Positions 52,255-62,336 of a DNA stretch of 64,000 nt are shown piece by piece. Origin of the DNA: Vicugna vicugna (lineage: Eukaryota); NCBI GenBank assembly GCA_013265495.1, contig MU057809.1, positions 1,043,062 through 1,107,061 on the forward strand, in the 5' to 3' direction. Position numbers and translations under genes: made by a program. Each line of letters begins with the position of its first letter. Positions within the stretch are counted from its first letter, which is position 1. Below the pieces are notes generated by a model. That model made no database searches. It had not been told where the DNA came from and was given only the letters and a program-made list of their open reading frames with translations.

Positions 52255-52715
52255 AGTGCCCACCTCCCCGGACCCTTTCTCCAAGGCCCTCTGCCTTCAG
52301 ACCCACCTCCCAGGCCCCTCTCTCCAAGGCCCCCGGCCTGCATCGCCCACCTCCCTGGCCCCTCTCTCCAAGGTCCTCCGCCTGCATCGCCCACCTCCCC
52401 GGCCCCTCTCTCCAAGGCCCTCCGCCTGCATCGCCCACCTCCCCGCCCCCCTCCCCCAGGGCCTCCGCCTGNNNNNNNNNNNNNNNNNNNNNNNNNNNNN
52501 NNNNNNNNNNNNNNNNNNNNNNNNNNNNNNNNNNNNNNNNNNNNNNNNNNNNNNNNNNNNNNNNNNNNNNNNNNNNNNNNNNNNNNNNNNNNNNNNNNNN
52601 NNNNNNNNNNNNNNNNNCCCCCGCCTGCATCGCCCACCCCCCCGGACCTTTTCTCCAAGGCCCTCTGCCTGCAGACCCACCTCCCCGGCCCCTGTCTCCA
52701 AGGCCCCCTCCAGCT
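52255..52715. repeat. 44-bp minisatellite in MRM2 intron 1, interrupted by an N gap
   Basis: TCTCCAAGG recurs at 52278, 52321, 52365 and 52409; unit approx. CCCACCTCCCCGGCCCCTCTCTCCAAGGCCCTCCGCCTGCATCG; the array resumes after the gap. Confidence 0.9.
52472..52617. other. Assembly gap (146 N) inside the 44-bp minisatellite
   Basis: N run. Confidence 0.99.
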
Positions 52716-52958
52716 CTCTGCCCCCCGTCGCTTCTCGGGAGCCTTAGCCGACAGTCCACACCGGGTTGGCAGGTCTCCCCTAGTCACCCGGCCGGGGCTG
52801 ACCGTGTCAGGGCCTGGACGAAGTGGGCGCTGCACCCCCTTTGGGACCGGAGACGTGGGCCGGCCCCTGGCCACTCCGCCTCCCGCACGCATGCAGTAGG
52901 TGCTCCGTAAGTGCCCGCCACCGCGCCCACCGACCGCCCCTCTCGCCGCCCCACTCAC

Positions 52959-52966
52959 CCCGCCAT
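52959..52966 (-). CDS. MRM2: MRM2 coding exon 1 (ATG GCG GG), 8 nt
   Basis: ATG at 52966 followed by GG|GTGAGT donor; phase 2 joins exon 2 to give MAGPWRLV... Confidence 0.92.
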
Positions 52967-53039
52967 GGACGCCAGCCCGCTCCACACACCGGAAGTGCCG
53001 GCCTTACTTCCGGTCCGAGGCCACGCCCCCGGAAGCGGC

Positions 53040-53077
53040 TCGCGGATTCGGAAAGCGCGCGCGGAACCCGGGACCAG
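53040..53077 (+). other. NUDT1: NUDT1 non-coding exon 1 (5' end approximate)
   Basis: Strong donor CAG|GTGAGT after 53077, just downstream of the ETS motif cluster in the CpG island. Confidence 0.7.
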
Positions 53078-54480
53078 GTGAGTGCGGGAGCGAGAGACCG
53101 GGTGCGCGGGGAGCCAGGCCACCGGAGGTGGGCCTGGGGCCGGGAGGGGGCGCCCTGGGAGGGGCTGCCGGAGAACCTGCATCCACCAGGGCCCCGAGAG
53201 CGGAGCCCAGCCCGGCGCTGCACTGTGTGTTGTCCCTTTCAGCCCTGTGACGCGCTTCAGGTGACAGGTGGCTCCGTCAGGGGCCGCTCGGCTGACCAGG
53301 GGGCTGCCCAGCCCTGCTGCCAGCCTCCCAGCCCCTGGCGTTCGGTGGGCTCCCTGAGGGCCAGCCTGATTGCGGTGCCAGCTAGACTCCAACGTCCGGC
53401 AGACCCACGCCTGGGCGCCGGCTCCGCTCTTGGGCCTTGAGTCTCTGAGCTTCAGTTTCCTCGGCAGGTCTCAGCGCACAGCGTTGTTGGGTCTATTAAA
53501 TGGGGTGATTTTGGGAAAGATGTATCCGATCCGTGCTTAACAAGTGACAGCTGGTGTTCCCCGCAGCCTCATCTCCGTGACAGCTGACTTAGGAAGCCAG
53601 GGCTTTGGGCGTGAACGTGTCGGCGACAGGACAGAGTCCCTAAAGGGAGGTTCAGCCTCCGAGACCTGCTTCTCCTGCCTGACCCACCCCCACCACCAGG
53701 ACCCAGCCATAGGGCCCCCTTCTCAGACACTGCAGCCTCCCGGGCTCTGAGTCCTGCCTCTCACCCAGTGTGGGCCCCAGAGGAGGAGACTTGTGTTCAG
53801 GGGGCCCCAGACTGGGAAGGGGTTCTGCAGGGAACTTGGTCCTGGTCCTCCAGCATCGAGCAGACATCACCCACACAGTCTCTCTCTGGACCACGCACAC
53901 CCATTCGAGCAGGAGGGGCCTTTGTGGCTCCAAGGCCCACCCTGAGTGCCAGGTCGCAGAGCAGCAACAGTCGTGAGCAGAGTGTGAACAGCTGTCACAG
54001 GAGGGGGATTTAGCCAGGCCTCACTGGGTGGACTGTCCGCTGTCAGGAGCTATGCATTGCTTGGGAATCTGGGGATCTGCTATCGCAGAGAGGCAGAAAC
54101 CAGATCCCAACAGGCCAGAAGGCCCTGTAATAAAAAGGCCAAAGCCAAAAACCTGACCCAAGAACCGTTGGGTAAACTGCACAGTTGGGCACGGGGGAGT
54201 AGACACAGGAACACGAACGACCCCAGGCTAAGGAGTGGGAAAGGGAAGATGTGAACATCACCCTACCTGCTGCTTCAGCCCGGCAGGTGGCCTGGCTCTC
54301 CTACCCCAGAAAATCTGCCATACGGGGCAGAGCTGGGATGTTACCCCTCCCTGCCTTCCAGAGTACATTTCCAGTCCACCTGGCCTCTGGCCACCACAGT
54401 TCACAGGCTTCCATCCACACCCCACCCGCGCCCAAATCAAGCTGACCCAGCCCTTGCCTTCCTCAGAACCCAAGGGCACC

Positions 54481-54632
54481 ATGGGCGCCTCCAGGCTCTA
54501 CACCTTGGTCCTGGTGCTGCAGCCTCAGCGAATTCTCCTGGGCATGAAGAAACGAGGCTTCGGGGCCGGCCGGTGGAACGGCTTTGGGGGCAAGGTTCAA
54601 GAAGGAGAGACCATCGAGGATGGAGCCAAGAG
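54481..54632 (+). CDS. NUDT1: NUDT1 (MTH1) coding exon 1, 152 nt; exon begins at 54467
   Basis: caccATGG Kozak; [50 protein letters not shown]; cctcAG acceptor, AG|GTAAG donor. Confidence 0.98.
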
Positions 54633-54699
54633 GTAAGAGGAGGGGCAGGCCTGCCCGCAGAACCAGCCTCTGCAGGGGATGGGGATTCAGGTGCAGAGC

Positions 54700-54900
54700 C
54701 AGGCCCCTGATTCTACCACTGAGAGCCACATGACCTGGAGCTCGTACTAAACCCTCAAGCCTCAGTTTCTTCATCTGCAAAGTGGGAATAATAATAGTAC
54801 CCACCTCTTAGGATCGTGGTGAAGGTTAAATGAGAATATGCACATAAAGGACTGGAACGGGGCCTGGCACATGGCCTGTGCTGAGTTACCTGCTGCTGCA
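54700..54900 (+). mobile_element. Near full-length MIR
   Basis: ctcaagcctcagtttcttcatctgcaaagtgggaataataatagtacccacctcttaggatcgtggtgaaggttaaatgaga...gcctggcacat. Confidence 0.85.
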
Positions 54901-55074
54901 TGGTGGTGGGTTTTAGGACGTATTTGGGAAGCTGCTGTGAGGTGGCTCAGGTTGAAAAGTCTGGCCTTCCTTTTTCTAGCCAAGGGGCTGGCCGATTCCT
55001 CAGCTTCTTCGTTTGTCGGGGAAACTGATGATGAGCAGATCTGGAACCTCTCACACACAGTCTCGGTTCATCCT

Positions 55075-55150
55075 TGACACAACCACTTTCCCATGGGAAG
55101 GAACTGAGGCCCAGAGAGGTTGAGCAGCATGCCTGAGGTCACACAGCCCT
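55075..55150 (-). mobile_element. MIR core fragment
   Basis: ggaactgaggcccagagaggttgagcagcatgcctgaggtcacacagc. Confidence 0.65.
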
Positions 55151-56199
55151 CCCGACTTCAGCTGCTTTGCCTTTCCCCTCACGATCTTGTATGGGTAAAT
55201 CCAACCTTCTGTGTCATCCACTGAGCTCCACAGGGTGTGGCCTCGCCCCCCCTCCCATCCCTGCCCCTCAGACACCCCAGGCTGTTGCTGCCCACCCACT
55301 CTTCCTCTGGCTGACCTTGTCAGCCTTCACAGCCGAGCAGGCTCACCTCCGCCAGCTCTTCCCGATAAACCCCCTCCCTGGGTTTCCTTCACAGAACTCC
55401 CACCTTTCTGGTCACACCTGGTTATTCCCTCCATCCGACATTCCCCCAGGGGTGCTCGTGAGGCCGGAACTGAAGACATTTTGTTTTCTAAGTCAAGCCT
55501 GTATTGAAGCATAAAGTGCATACAGGAAAATGCCAGTCTTCATCAGGAAAGTTTTAAGAAATGGGCCCATCACTTAACCAGCCCTTACATCAACACGTGG
55601 GGCTGGAAGGTGGATCCTAACCCCCTGGAGGGCAGCCTGCCGCCCGACTTCCGTCACAGTTGGCGGTTTGGCCTGTTCTGAAATACCACGCAGACCATGC
55701 CCTTTGCTGCCGGCTTCTTCCCAGCATCACATCTGCCTGCGGCAGTGGTCCAGCCCCGCCCGTGAGCACCCTGCAGCTCGCACACCCCGCCCCAGGGCAC
55801 TGGGGCTGCTTCCGGTCTGGAGTCTCGAGTGGGGCCACTGTGGACGGTCCTGCACAGCCTTTTCTGGCGGGCGCTCCCCTTGGAGGAGAATCAGAGACGT
55901 TCAGCCTCAGCAGATGTTGCCAACAGGTTTCCAGAACGGAGTGTGAGTTCCGCTCCCTCCAGATCCGCAGCAGCACTTGGCATCTCCTGTCTCTTTCACG
56001 CTAGCCGTGCCGGTAGGTGTGACGATGCCTCGCTGAGGCTTCATGTGTTTGCCCCAGTGACTGATGAGCCAGCCACCCGCTCAGGGTCTGTGCGGCGCTT
56101 GGGCGTCTGTTTCTGCCAAGGCCCGCTCAAGTCTTTTGCCCGGTCTGTTAATCCGGGTGCCTTTTTCTTACTGCTTTGTAGTTCTTCGCATATTTCACT

Positions 56200-57310
56200 G
56201 TGTCCTTACTGAATTCCTGCTTGAAGTCTCCAGCTATGACAGCAGATTCATCTGTTTTCCTGGCAGTTACACTAAATTTTGCCTCACTATTTTGATGCTG
56301 CTTTTAGTTGCATACATGTTAAGGGTTACGTCCGGGAGAACTCCTTTATCGCTTTGGGATGTCCCTCTTAGGGATAAAGATAACTTTCCTTGCTTTGAAA
56401 TCTGCTTGGTCTGAAGTTACTACAGCTTCTGCTCCTTTCTTTTGATTAGTGTTAGCCTGGTGTATTTTCCTCCACTGATACACTTTTTTTTTTTTAATAG
56501 TTTCTCTTTCTTGGTTCCTTGGTAGGGGGAGGTAATTAGCTTGCTTGCTTGTTTGAATGGAGGTACTAGGGACCAAACCCAGGACCTTGTGCATGCTAAG
56601 CACGCACTCTACCACTGAGCTCTACCCTCCCCACCAATTTATGTTTAATCTATACCTTTTGATCTTTGTACTTTCAACCTTTATATTCAAAGTGAATTTC
56701 TTATAGACTGCTTAGAGTTGGGTCTTGTTTTTGATCCAGTCTGACAATCTCTGTCTTTGAATTGGAGCGTTTAGACCACTAACAAAGTGATTATTAATGT
56801 AGCTGGGTTGGTATCTACCATAATCACCACTGTTTTCTGTTTGTTGTCCTGGTTCTTTTTTCCTGCTTTTGTCTTCCTCTTTTTCCTCCTTTTGGCGTTT
56901 TAATTGAACATTTCACACGATTCCATTTTCTCTCCTTTAGCATATCAGTTGTACTCCTTTTTTTTTTTAACCTTTTTTAGTGGTTGCCCTAGAGTAAGTC
57001 TAATTTTAGTTTTCTGAGGACTCTCCACACTGTTCCCCACAGTGGCTGCACCAAACTGCACTCCCACCTGCAGTGCAGGAGCGCTCCCTTGTCTGCACAG
57101 CCTCTCCAGCGTTTCTCATTTGTGAACTTTTGGATGGTGGCCATTCTGCCTGGTGGGAGGTGATGCCTCGTAGTTCTGATTTGCATTTCTCTGATAATTA
57201 GCGATACTGAGCATTTTTTCGTGTGCCTGTTGGACATGTGTATGTCTTCATTGGAGAACACTTGTTTAGGTCTTTGCCCATTTTTGGACTGGGTTGTCGT
57301 GGTTTGTTTA
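56200..57310 (-). mobile_element. L1 fragments in a NUDT1 intron (old endonuclease-region L1M plus a younger ORF2 C-terminal piece at about 56995-57290)
   Basis: ORF 56989..57261 (-) reads as L1 ORF2 C-terminus (SLIIREMQIRTT...LLHCRWECSLVQPLW); upstream sequence has antisense L1 endonuclease-like motifs. Confidence 0.8.
56484..56632 (-). mobile_element. Camelid vic-1-type SINE in a NUDT1 intron, inserted into L1
   Basis: Same head, body and tail structure as the other two copies. Confidence 0.85.
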
Positions 57311-58392
57311 TGGACTCCTCGCCCTGTTTTGCGTCTGCCATCTGAGGACCATCACAGAGGTGCAGTCCGACACATTAGCAAGACTGGAGCAGCGTCACCT
57401 CAGCTGCCTAATTATCCCGACCCATGAAACGGAGCCCCGGCTCTGCCACCAAGCAGGTTATTGATATTTCATACACCGCCACGGACTCGGGGACGATTAA
57501 CCGAAATTAGTCAAAACATGAGATCAGTGAAGTTTTTAAAAAACCAAGATCCGCCAGCCTGCTGCCTGAGATGTGGGGGAGGCCCTGCTGAGGGCTTGCA
57601 TTACATTTAATTAGGGAGCCATTTGCACCCCCCAAGTAAAAACACACATTCTTTTTTTTTATTTTGGTCATGTCTAATGTAAATTAACCATCTCAGTGAA
57701 TAAATTCTGGGTTTCAAAACATCACTTGGCAGTGGATGGACACATTCCTCTCCCTCTTGGGCCTCACAGGAAGGTCAGGGCAGATTCCAGGCTCAGGGAG
57801 GCATCCACTTAAATAAGACCATTTAACCCAGCCCGCTTATTTAATGAACAGAGCATTTCCCAGCTCCTCCTCACAGGCACAGGAAGTCATGCATTGTGTT
57901 CCTAACGCAACTTGGAGATCAAAGCTGAAAATAACGTGTTTTTTTTTTCACGTACTCTAAATGGACAGACATAATTAGAACACTTTTACAGCAACAAAAA
58001 TAAATATAGGGCAGTGGGGAAGTGAGACTGTAACGGGAGACACAGACGCTGAGCCTCACACGTGCAGGGCTCGTGGGTCCCCAGGGTCCTGAGCGAGCAG
58101 GCCTTCCAGAGCAAGGCGCGTGCAGCTGGGCGGTGAGGGCTGGGGGCACAGGGTGTGTGCGGGGTGCTCGCCACAGCAGGCTGGGGATGGGCTGCGTGGG
58201 GTTTCACTTTGATGCACAGCAGTCGCGGAGCTGGCTGTGTTCCTGCAGTGCTGTGTGGGAAGCATGGGTGCACGTATGTGTGATGTGTCTGCAGTGTTTA
58301 AAAGGGACGCACAAAGGAGAACGACCCCTTGGCCCTGGGCGCACGAGCGTGCTAATGGCTGCCTTCCTTCCACCACCCCACCCCCGCCCCAG

Positions 58393-58538
58393 GGAGCTGC
58401 AGGAAGAGAGTGGTCTGACTGTGGACGCGCTGCACAAGGTGGGCCGGATCGTGTTTGAGTTCGTGGGTGACCCTGAGCTGATGGACGTGCACATCTTCTG
58501 CACGGACAGCATCCAGGGGACACCCGTGGAAAGCGACG
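58393..58538 (+). CDS. NUDT1: NUDT1 coding exon 2, 146 nt
   Basis: (R)[48 protein letters not shown] completes the Nudix box; G|GTGAGT donor. Confidence 0.98.
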
Positions 58539-58813
58539 GTGAGTCTCAGGGGCTGTCCCTTCACCAGGGCACGAGGGGGACCTGGGTGCAGAGCAGGCAC
58601 TGGGCAACCCCTGCCCTCCCCTCCCGTCCCTGAGGGACAGGTGCTGGAGCACAGCAGCACCGCAGCCTCCCTCCTCCTCCGTGAAACACAGTCGCAAGCA
58701 TTAAATAGGGAAGCGTGTCAGGCTCCTTACACAGGGCCACTCAGTTAATGCCTCACAGGAAGCCAGTTACAGCCCAGACTGAACGTCAGTGACTGCCTTC
58801 TCACCCGCCACAG

Positions 58814-58986
58814 AAATGCGCCCCCAGTGGTTCCACCTGGACCAGATCCCCTTCGGTGACATGTGGCCTGATGACAGCTACTGGTTTCCCCTCCTGCTTC
58901 AAAAGAAGAAATTCCAGGGCTACTTCAAGTTCCAGGGTCACGACACCATCCTGGACTATACGCTCCACGAGGTGGACAGAGTCTAG
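58814..58986 (+). CDS. NUDT1: NUDT1 coding exon 3 to TAG, 173 nt; total CDS 471 nt, 156 aa
   Basis: (E)[56 protein letters not shown]; W117, D119 and D120 present. Confidence 0.98.
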
Positions 58987-59444
58987 GGCCGAGCCTGGCT
59001 CCTTGCAGAGCCAGGGCTTCCAGTCAGGCTGGAGCATGACCGATGGAAGGAAATGGACGTCTGACCTTTTTAGCGTCCTTCCCCGGGCCCCCCATGGGCA
59101 GCCAGGTCCCATCACCGGGAGCTGGCACACCTGCCCAGCTGTGACCTGAGACACCAGACACAGAGAGGGAGGAGACCCAGGCCCGAAGGGTGAGGGGACA
59201 GCTTCTCTGCCCACCCCAGGGTGGACAGCTGGTGTGGGAGGCCCGACGTTGGTGTGGGCGGGCCACGGGATCACGGGGGTGGCCTAGAGAGTGTGCCCCC
59301 TCCCACCAACCCCCACAGGGGACACGGGGGCCCAGCTGGGGTCCAGGGCTAAAACCCCATCTGTTACCCTCCCTCCCAGAGGATGGACGGTCACCAACCT
59401 CTCACACAAAGAAGCCACGACTTGACCCAACTTTTATAAATATG

Positions 59445-59450
59445 TTTAAT
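59445..59450 (-). terminator. SNX8: Candidate SNX8 poly(A) signal ATTAAA
   Basis: Forward tttaat within a short AT-rich island in otherwise GC-rich sequence. Confidence 0.6.
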
Positions 59451-60401
59451 AATAGTCGCTCACGTAAGTTCATTGATAAAAATCTCGGAACGTGGATGGT
59501 TTGTAAACAATGTTTCCTGGGTGTGGCGGTGACTAGTTCCTGCAGCCTCGTAAAGTGCTTCGTACATACACGACTCAGCCAAGCAAGGGGAACCTCCCGA
59601 CAGCCCGGCTCCTGTCCCCACCTCCGCCTCCCTCCACCACTCCCGCCCTCCTTGCAGCGAGGTCGACCGAGTCGGACCCCGGACCCGAAGGCACACTCCC
59701 GCGGGCCAGGCCGCGGGCCAGGCTGAGGCAGCAGGGAGTCTCTCAGCCTCCTCGGACAGGGAAGCGGGATCCTCAGAGCAGCATGAAGGGCTCCCAACAG
59801 GGTAACGCGATTGGATGTCCCTTCATGGGGCTGCAGCACGTCGGCCCTCCCCAGCCAGCGGGAAGGACACAGGAGTGCGTGACCTCCGGCCCCTGTCATC
59901 CCAGGGCCTCCACCTCGGAGCTGGGAGCAGCCTCTTCTCCTCCCCCAGCAGACACTGAGCAGAAAACACCAGCCCCCGAGCCTGGCAATCTATGGCAGCC
60001 CAGGTTCAGGCAGAGGGGAGCTGTGCAGAAGTGCCGAATGGGGGGGACACGGCCTTGCCTACGTCACTCCGACATCTTCCCGATGCCCTTTCTCCAGAGC
60101 CCAGGGAGGTGGAGGGGACTAGAAAGCGCCCCCAGATAAGCCTCTGGCGGAAAAGGTCACTGGGGCTCCAGCCAAGAACTTGCTCCTAGTTTCCACCACA
60201 GGCAGATGCTGCCAGGAGCCAGCCCCAGGGTGCCGTTCTCTCCAGAAAAGCGCCTCTGAAGTCTCTGGGCCAGAGCGCTCCCCGGCAACCCACGTGGGGA
60301 CGGAGGACACAGCTTAACCTGCCCTGGGAGATGCTCCCCCACCTTCCATGCTCCTGCCCCCTGTCCACCATGTGGCTCCCTCGACTCTGCTGTCCTGTGG
60401 C

Positions 60402-60598
60402 CTTGTGTTCCTCACCGCCCCCGGCCAGGCCCCCAGTTGAACCACACCAGCCGCAGGGCAGGGACAGCTTGCGTCCCTCACCGCCCCGGCCGGGCCCCCA
60501 GGTGAACCGCACCGGCCACAGGGCAGGGACAGCTTGTGTCCCTCACCGCCACAGCCCGGCCCCCAGGTGAACCGCACCGGCCGCAGGGCAGGGACAGC
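60402..60598. repeat. Three tandem copies of a 65-66 bp GC-rich unit
   Basis: CTCACCGCC...GGGCAGGGACAGC units start at 60411, 60477 and 60542. Confidence 0.9.
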
Positions 60599-62237
60599 AG
60601 AGCCCCTGGGGTCACTCTTTACAGTCCAGGCGAGGGGACCAGCCCCGCGGGGCAGCACAGAGCCACTCCAAGTGGGTGAGAGCCCATTTCTATGGAGAAA
60701 GAAGTGGCAGAAGATGCCCACAAAGGGACAAGGATCCCCGCGCCTCAGGCTCTGGGGGACGCAGCCAGGAGCCTAGCCAGCCCGGCACAGGAAGGCACAT
60801 GTTGGCCGTCAGGGGCCCAGGCGTCGCAGGGGTGCAGCTGGCCTCCCTGCATCCGTGTGGCTGCGAAGCTGGCACAGACAGACCCCACGTGAGGGGTGGG
60901 CCATGCCCTAGCTGGACACAGCTGTCCGGCTGGGCCCAAAAGACACCCGCTTTCCCTGTAACATGTGTTAGCTCATCAGAGAAGCCTCCCTGTCACCAGA
61001 GCCCCTGGGTCCTGCGTGACCAACAGCAAAGCCCCAGAATCAGGCACGTATTCCTGGAGAGCAGGGATCTCAGAAATCTATGTGCAGTCAAGCTCCTCCA
61101 ACCTCTGTCCCGAGCCAAAGAGAACAGCGAAGGGCAGAGGGGCCACCTGGTCCCGGGCCCCGCTTATACGACTCGGATTCAGAGCAGAAAACACGCAGGC
61201 CCCAGGCAGGCACTAACCCCACAGCTCCGGATGGCCAGCCCCACGGCACCCTCTGGGAGGATGGGAGGGGGGCCTGGGAGAAGGGTCTGAGTTGCCAAAA
61301 AGGAGTGAAGCCAGTTTGAGAAAGGGTTAAAAGTAACACCGATCCGTCCTCCAGGGCGCCAGCTGGACGACACCCCCCAGTGCCCCACCAGCCTCAAAGC
61401 TCCAAAGGAGGGGGCTGCACAGACAGACAGAGCCAGCTCAGAAGCAGCAGCTCACAAACCTCCAGATCCCTGGGTCCCGCCTTCGTCTTCCACACCTCGG
61501 ACCAGCCCGCACAGCGCGGGGGCACAGAGCGTGAGCGTGCACAGGTCGGGGGGTGGTGCACAGACACTGCCTGGAGGTTAGTCCCAGACCAGGGCACCAG
61601 GGCACTTAGCGGGGCTGGTCCCCGGAACGACCCTCGGGCCCCCACCTCCCCCACCCACTCCCCTGAGGGCTCATTCCCACCTCAGCCCCCCAAGGCTGTC
61701 CGTGGGCCGGAGTCAAAGGTCTCGCTGACCAACTGCGTGTCAGAGATGTGGCCACCTCCTTGTCCCACACAGCAGGCCGGCCTCAAGGACAGTCCTGCCC
61801 CGCCGTGGAGTTTCAGCCTCCCTCTCCCCGCTCAGCTATTCCAGATGTCCGAGGACTATTCTGGCCCAGGGAGTTCCGCTGCCCATACCCCCAGGCACCG
61901 TCTGCCGCGTGAACCCCACCGGCCACCTTGTCCTCTTGGAATCAGGACAAAACCACTCCAGAGGCTCTACAGGGCTGGCACCCCAGACTAACAGACCACG
62001 GCAGGGTGTCGGGAGGGACGGGCGTGGTCAGGGCGACCAGGCAGACATCGAGGGCCCTGGCTTCCGTGGGCGTGTCCTCGGCCCTGCTCCCCACGAGGGG
62101 CAGCAGCTCTTCTAAGGGGGCTTCGGCCGACCACGGGCCCGCTGGTGGTGGGGCAGCCAAAGGGAATTAGACAGGGACACACCGTTTGGAAAGAAGTTTT
62201 AGTAAGGGCGCCGGAGCTGCCGCCGAGTCCCCCGGCG

Positions 62238-62336
62238 CTAGTGCGGAGGCAGGCCGTCCTGAGGGGGCGGGGAGCCGTGCGGGCCAGCGAAGAGGCAGCG
62301 CAGCTTGGGCTGCAGGTCATTCCACACCTTGCTCAT
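62238..62336 (-). CDS. SNX8: SNX8 last coding exon (MSKVWNDLQPKLRCLFAGPHGSPPPQDGLPPH*), 99 nt; upstream exons lie beyond the right edge
   Basis: Pyrimidine tract plus cAG acceptor at 62337-62338; peptide matches the SNX8 C-terminus as I recall it; position fits the known synteny next to NUDT1. Confidence 0.88.
   Translation of the reverse strand: MSKVWNDLQPKLRCLFAGPHGSPPPQDGLPPH

Larger units (their letters stand above)
52720..53450. promoter_or_regulatory. CpG island and MRM2/NUDT1 bidirectional promoter, with ETS/GABPA motifs CCGGAAGT (52989-52996), ACTTCCGG (53006-53013), CCGGAAGC (53029-53036) and Sp/KLF CCACGCCCC (53021-53029)
   Basis: Head-to-head first exons about 110 bp apart; motifs read directly. 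Confidence 0.88.
59425..62237 (-). other. SNX8: Probable SNX8 3' UTR (about 2.8 kb)
   Basis: Runs from the stop codon to the minus-strand ATTAAA in the AT-rich island at 59431-59490, which I take as the 3' end; the end is inferred. Confidence 0.6.

Noticed and set aside
52152-52985. Long ORFs in several frames with repeated peptides
   Set aside because: Translations of the 44-bp minisatellite and the N gap.
53535-53566. Branch-point-like CTTAAC plus ccgcAG as an acceptor for a human-like alternative NUDT1 exon
   Set aside because: No convincing downstream donor, and no similarity I could recognise to the human extended-isoform sequence.
56989-57261. 90-aa ORF with real protein-like sequence
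   Set aside because: L1 ORF2 C-terminal remnant, not a host gene.
60402-60598. Direct repeats as a possible CRISPR-like array (also 52255-52715)
   Set aside because: Contiguous tandem units with no unique spacers, in a mammalian genome.
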